A stretch of DNA of 64,000 bases from Mobula hypostoma (lineage: Eukaryota), in contig NC_086097.1 of NCBI RefSeq assembly GCF_963921235.1, positions 152,336,001 through 152,400,000 on the forward strand, given 5' to 3'. Position numbers and translations under genes: made by a program. The notes under the pieces are model-generated. The model did no database searches. It saw only the letters and a list, made by a program, of their open reading frames with translations, and was not told where the DNA came from. The first letter of the stretch is position 1; every line of letters begins with the position of its first letter. Positions 63,501 to 64,000 of the stretch are shown here, piece after piece.

Positions 63501-64000
63501 AGAGAGGGGGGAGGAGGGGGGGAGAGAGGGGGGGAGAGAGGGGGGAGAGAGGGGGGAGAGGGGGGGGGAGAGAGGGGGGAGAGAGAGGGGGGAGAGAGGG
63601 AGGGGGAGAGGGAGGGGGGAGAGAGGGGGGAGAGAGAGGGGGGGAGAGAGAGAGAGAGGGGGAGAGAGGGGGGAGAGAGGGGGGGAGAGAGGGGGAGAGA
63701 GGGGGGAGAGAGGGGGAGAGAGGGAGAGAGGGGGGAGAGAGGGGGAGGAGAGGGGGGAGGGAGGGGGAGAGGGGGGAGAGGGGGGAGAGAGAGGGGGGGA
63801 GAGAGGGGGGAGAGAGGAGGGGAGAGAGGGGGGAGGGGGGGAGGAGGGGGGGAGAGGGGGGGGAGGGGGGGAGAGAGGGGGGGGAGAGAGGGGGGGGGAG
63901 AGAGGGGGGGGGGAGAGGGGGGGAGAGAGGGGGGGAGAGAGGGAGAGAGAGAGGGGGAGGGAGAGGGGGGAGAGGGAGGGGAGAGAGAGGAGGGAGAGAG
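60239..64000 (+). repeat. Purine-only G/A low-complexity tract, at least 3.76 kb, open at the window end
   Basis: No C or T seen by eye from 60239 onward. Irregular G-runs are separated by A, AGA or AGAGA. Confidence 0.97.

Noticed and set aside
1..64000. CRISPR array, operon or other prokaryotic system
   Set aside because: No regularly spaced repeat-spacer units and no gene-dense coding. The content is vertebrate-type transposon debris.
60239..64000. Telomeric repeat or Gly/Glu/Arg-rich coding sequence
   Set aside because: No TTAGGG units. Stop-free frames are a trivial result of having no T.

Overview
This is a repeat-dense eukaryotic window, not prokaryotic. The mix of CR1, Rex1/Babar, RTE, Penelope-like, hAT and CORE/Deu SINE elements suggests a cartilaginous-fish-like vertebrate genome; that is inference. 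No host protein-coding exon could be supported. All recognisable ORFs are broken transposon reading frames, so the window looks intronic or intergenic. Most notable: (1) about ten copies of minimal type I hammerhead ribozyme motifs in the pseudo-LTRs of two different Penelope-like families, including one intact core at 33777-33818 (-) inside a 117-nt insertion with a 15-bp TSD; (2) a three-level nest at 22088-27297 (Penelope A > Penelope B > CR1), with TSDs readable for both inner insertions; (3) an apparently full-length, dead RTE LINE at 54384-58201 with an 11-bp TSD and an HDV/CPEB3-like motif in its 5' UTR; (4) a hAT/Charlie deletion derivative carrying a CR1 tail; (5) a tRNA-CORE-RTE SINE and a headless SINE-like element; (6) a purine-only G/A tract of at least 3.76 kb running off the window end. 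Ribozyme-bearing retroelements are known biology, and I found no clearly new system. Boundaries of old elements are approximate.
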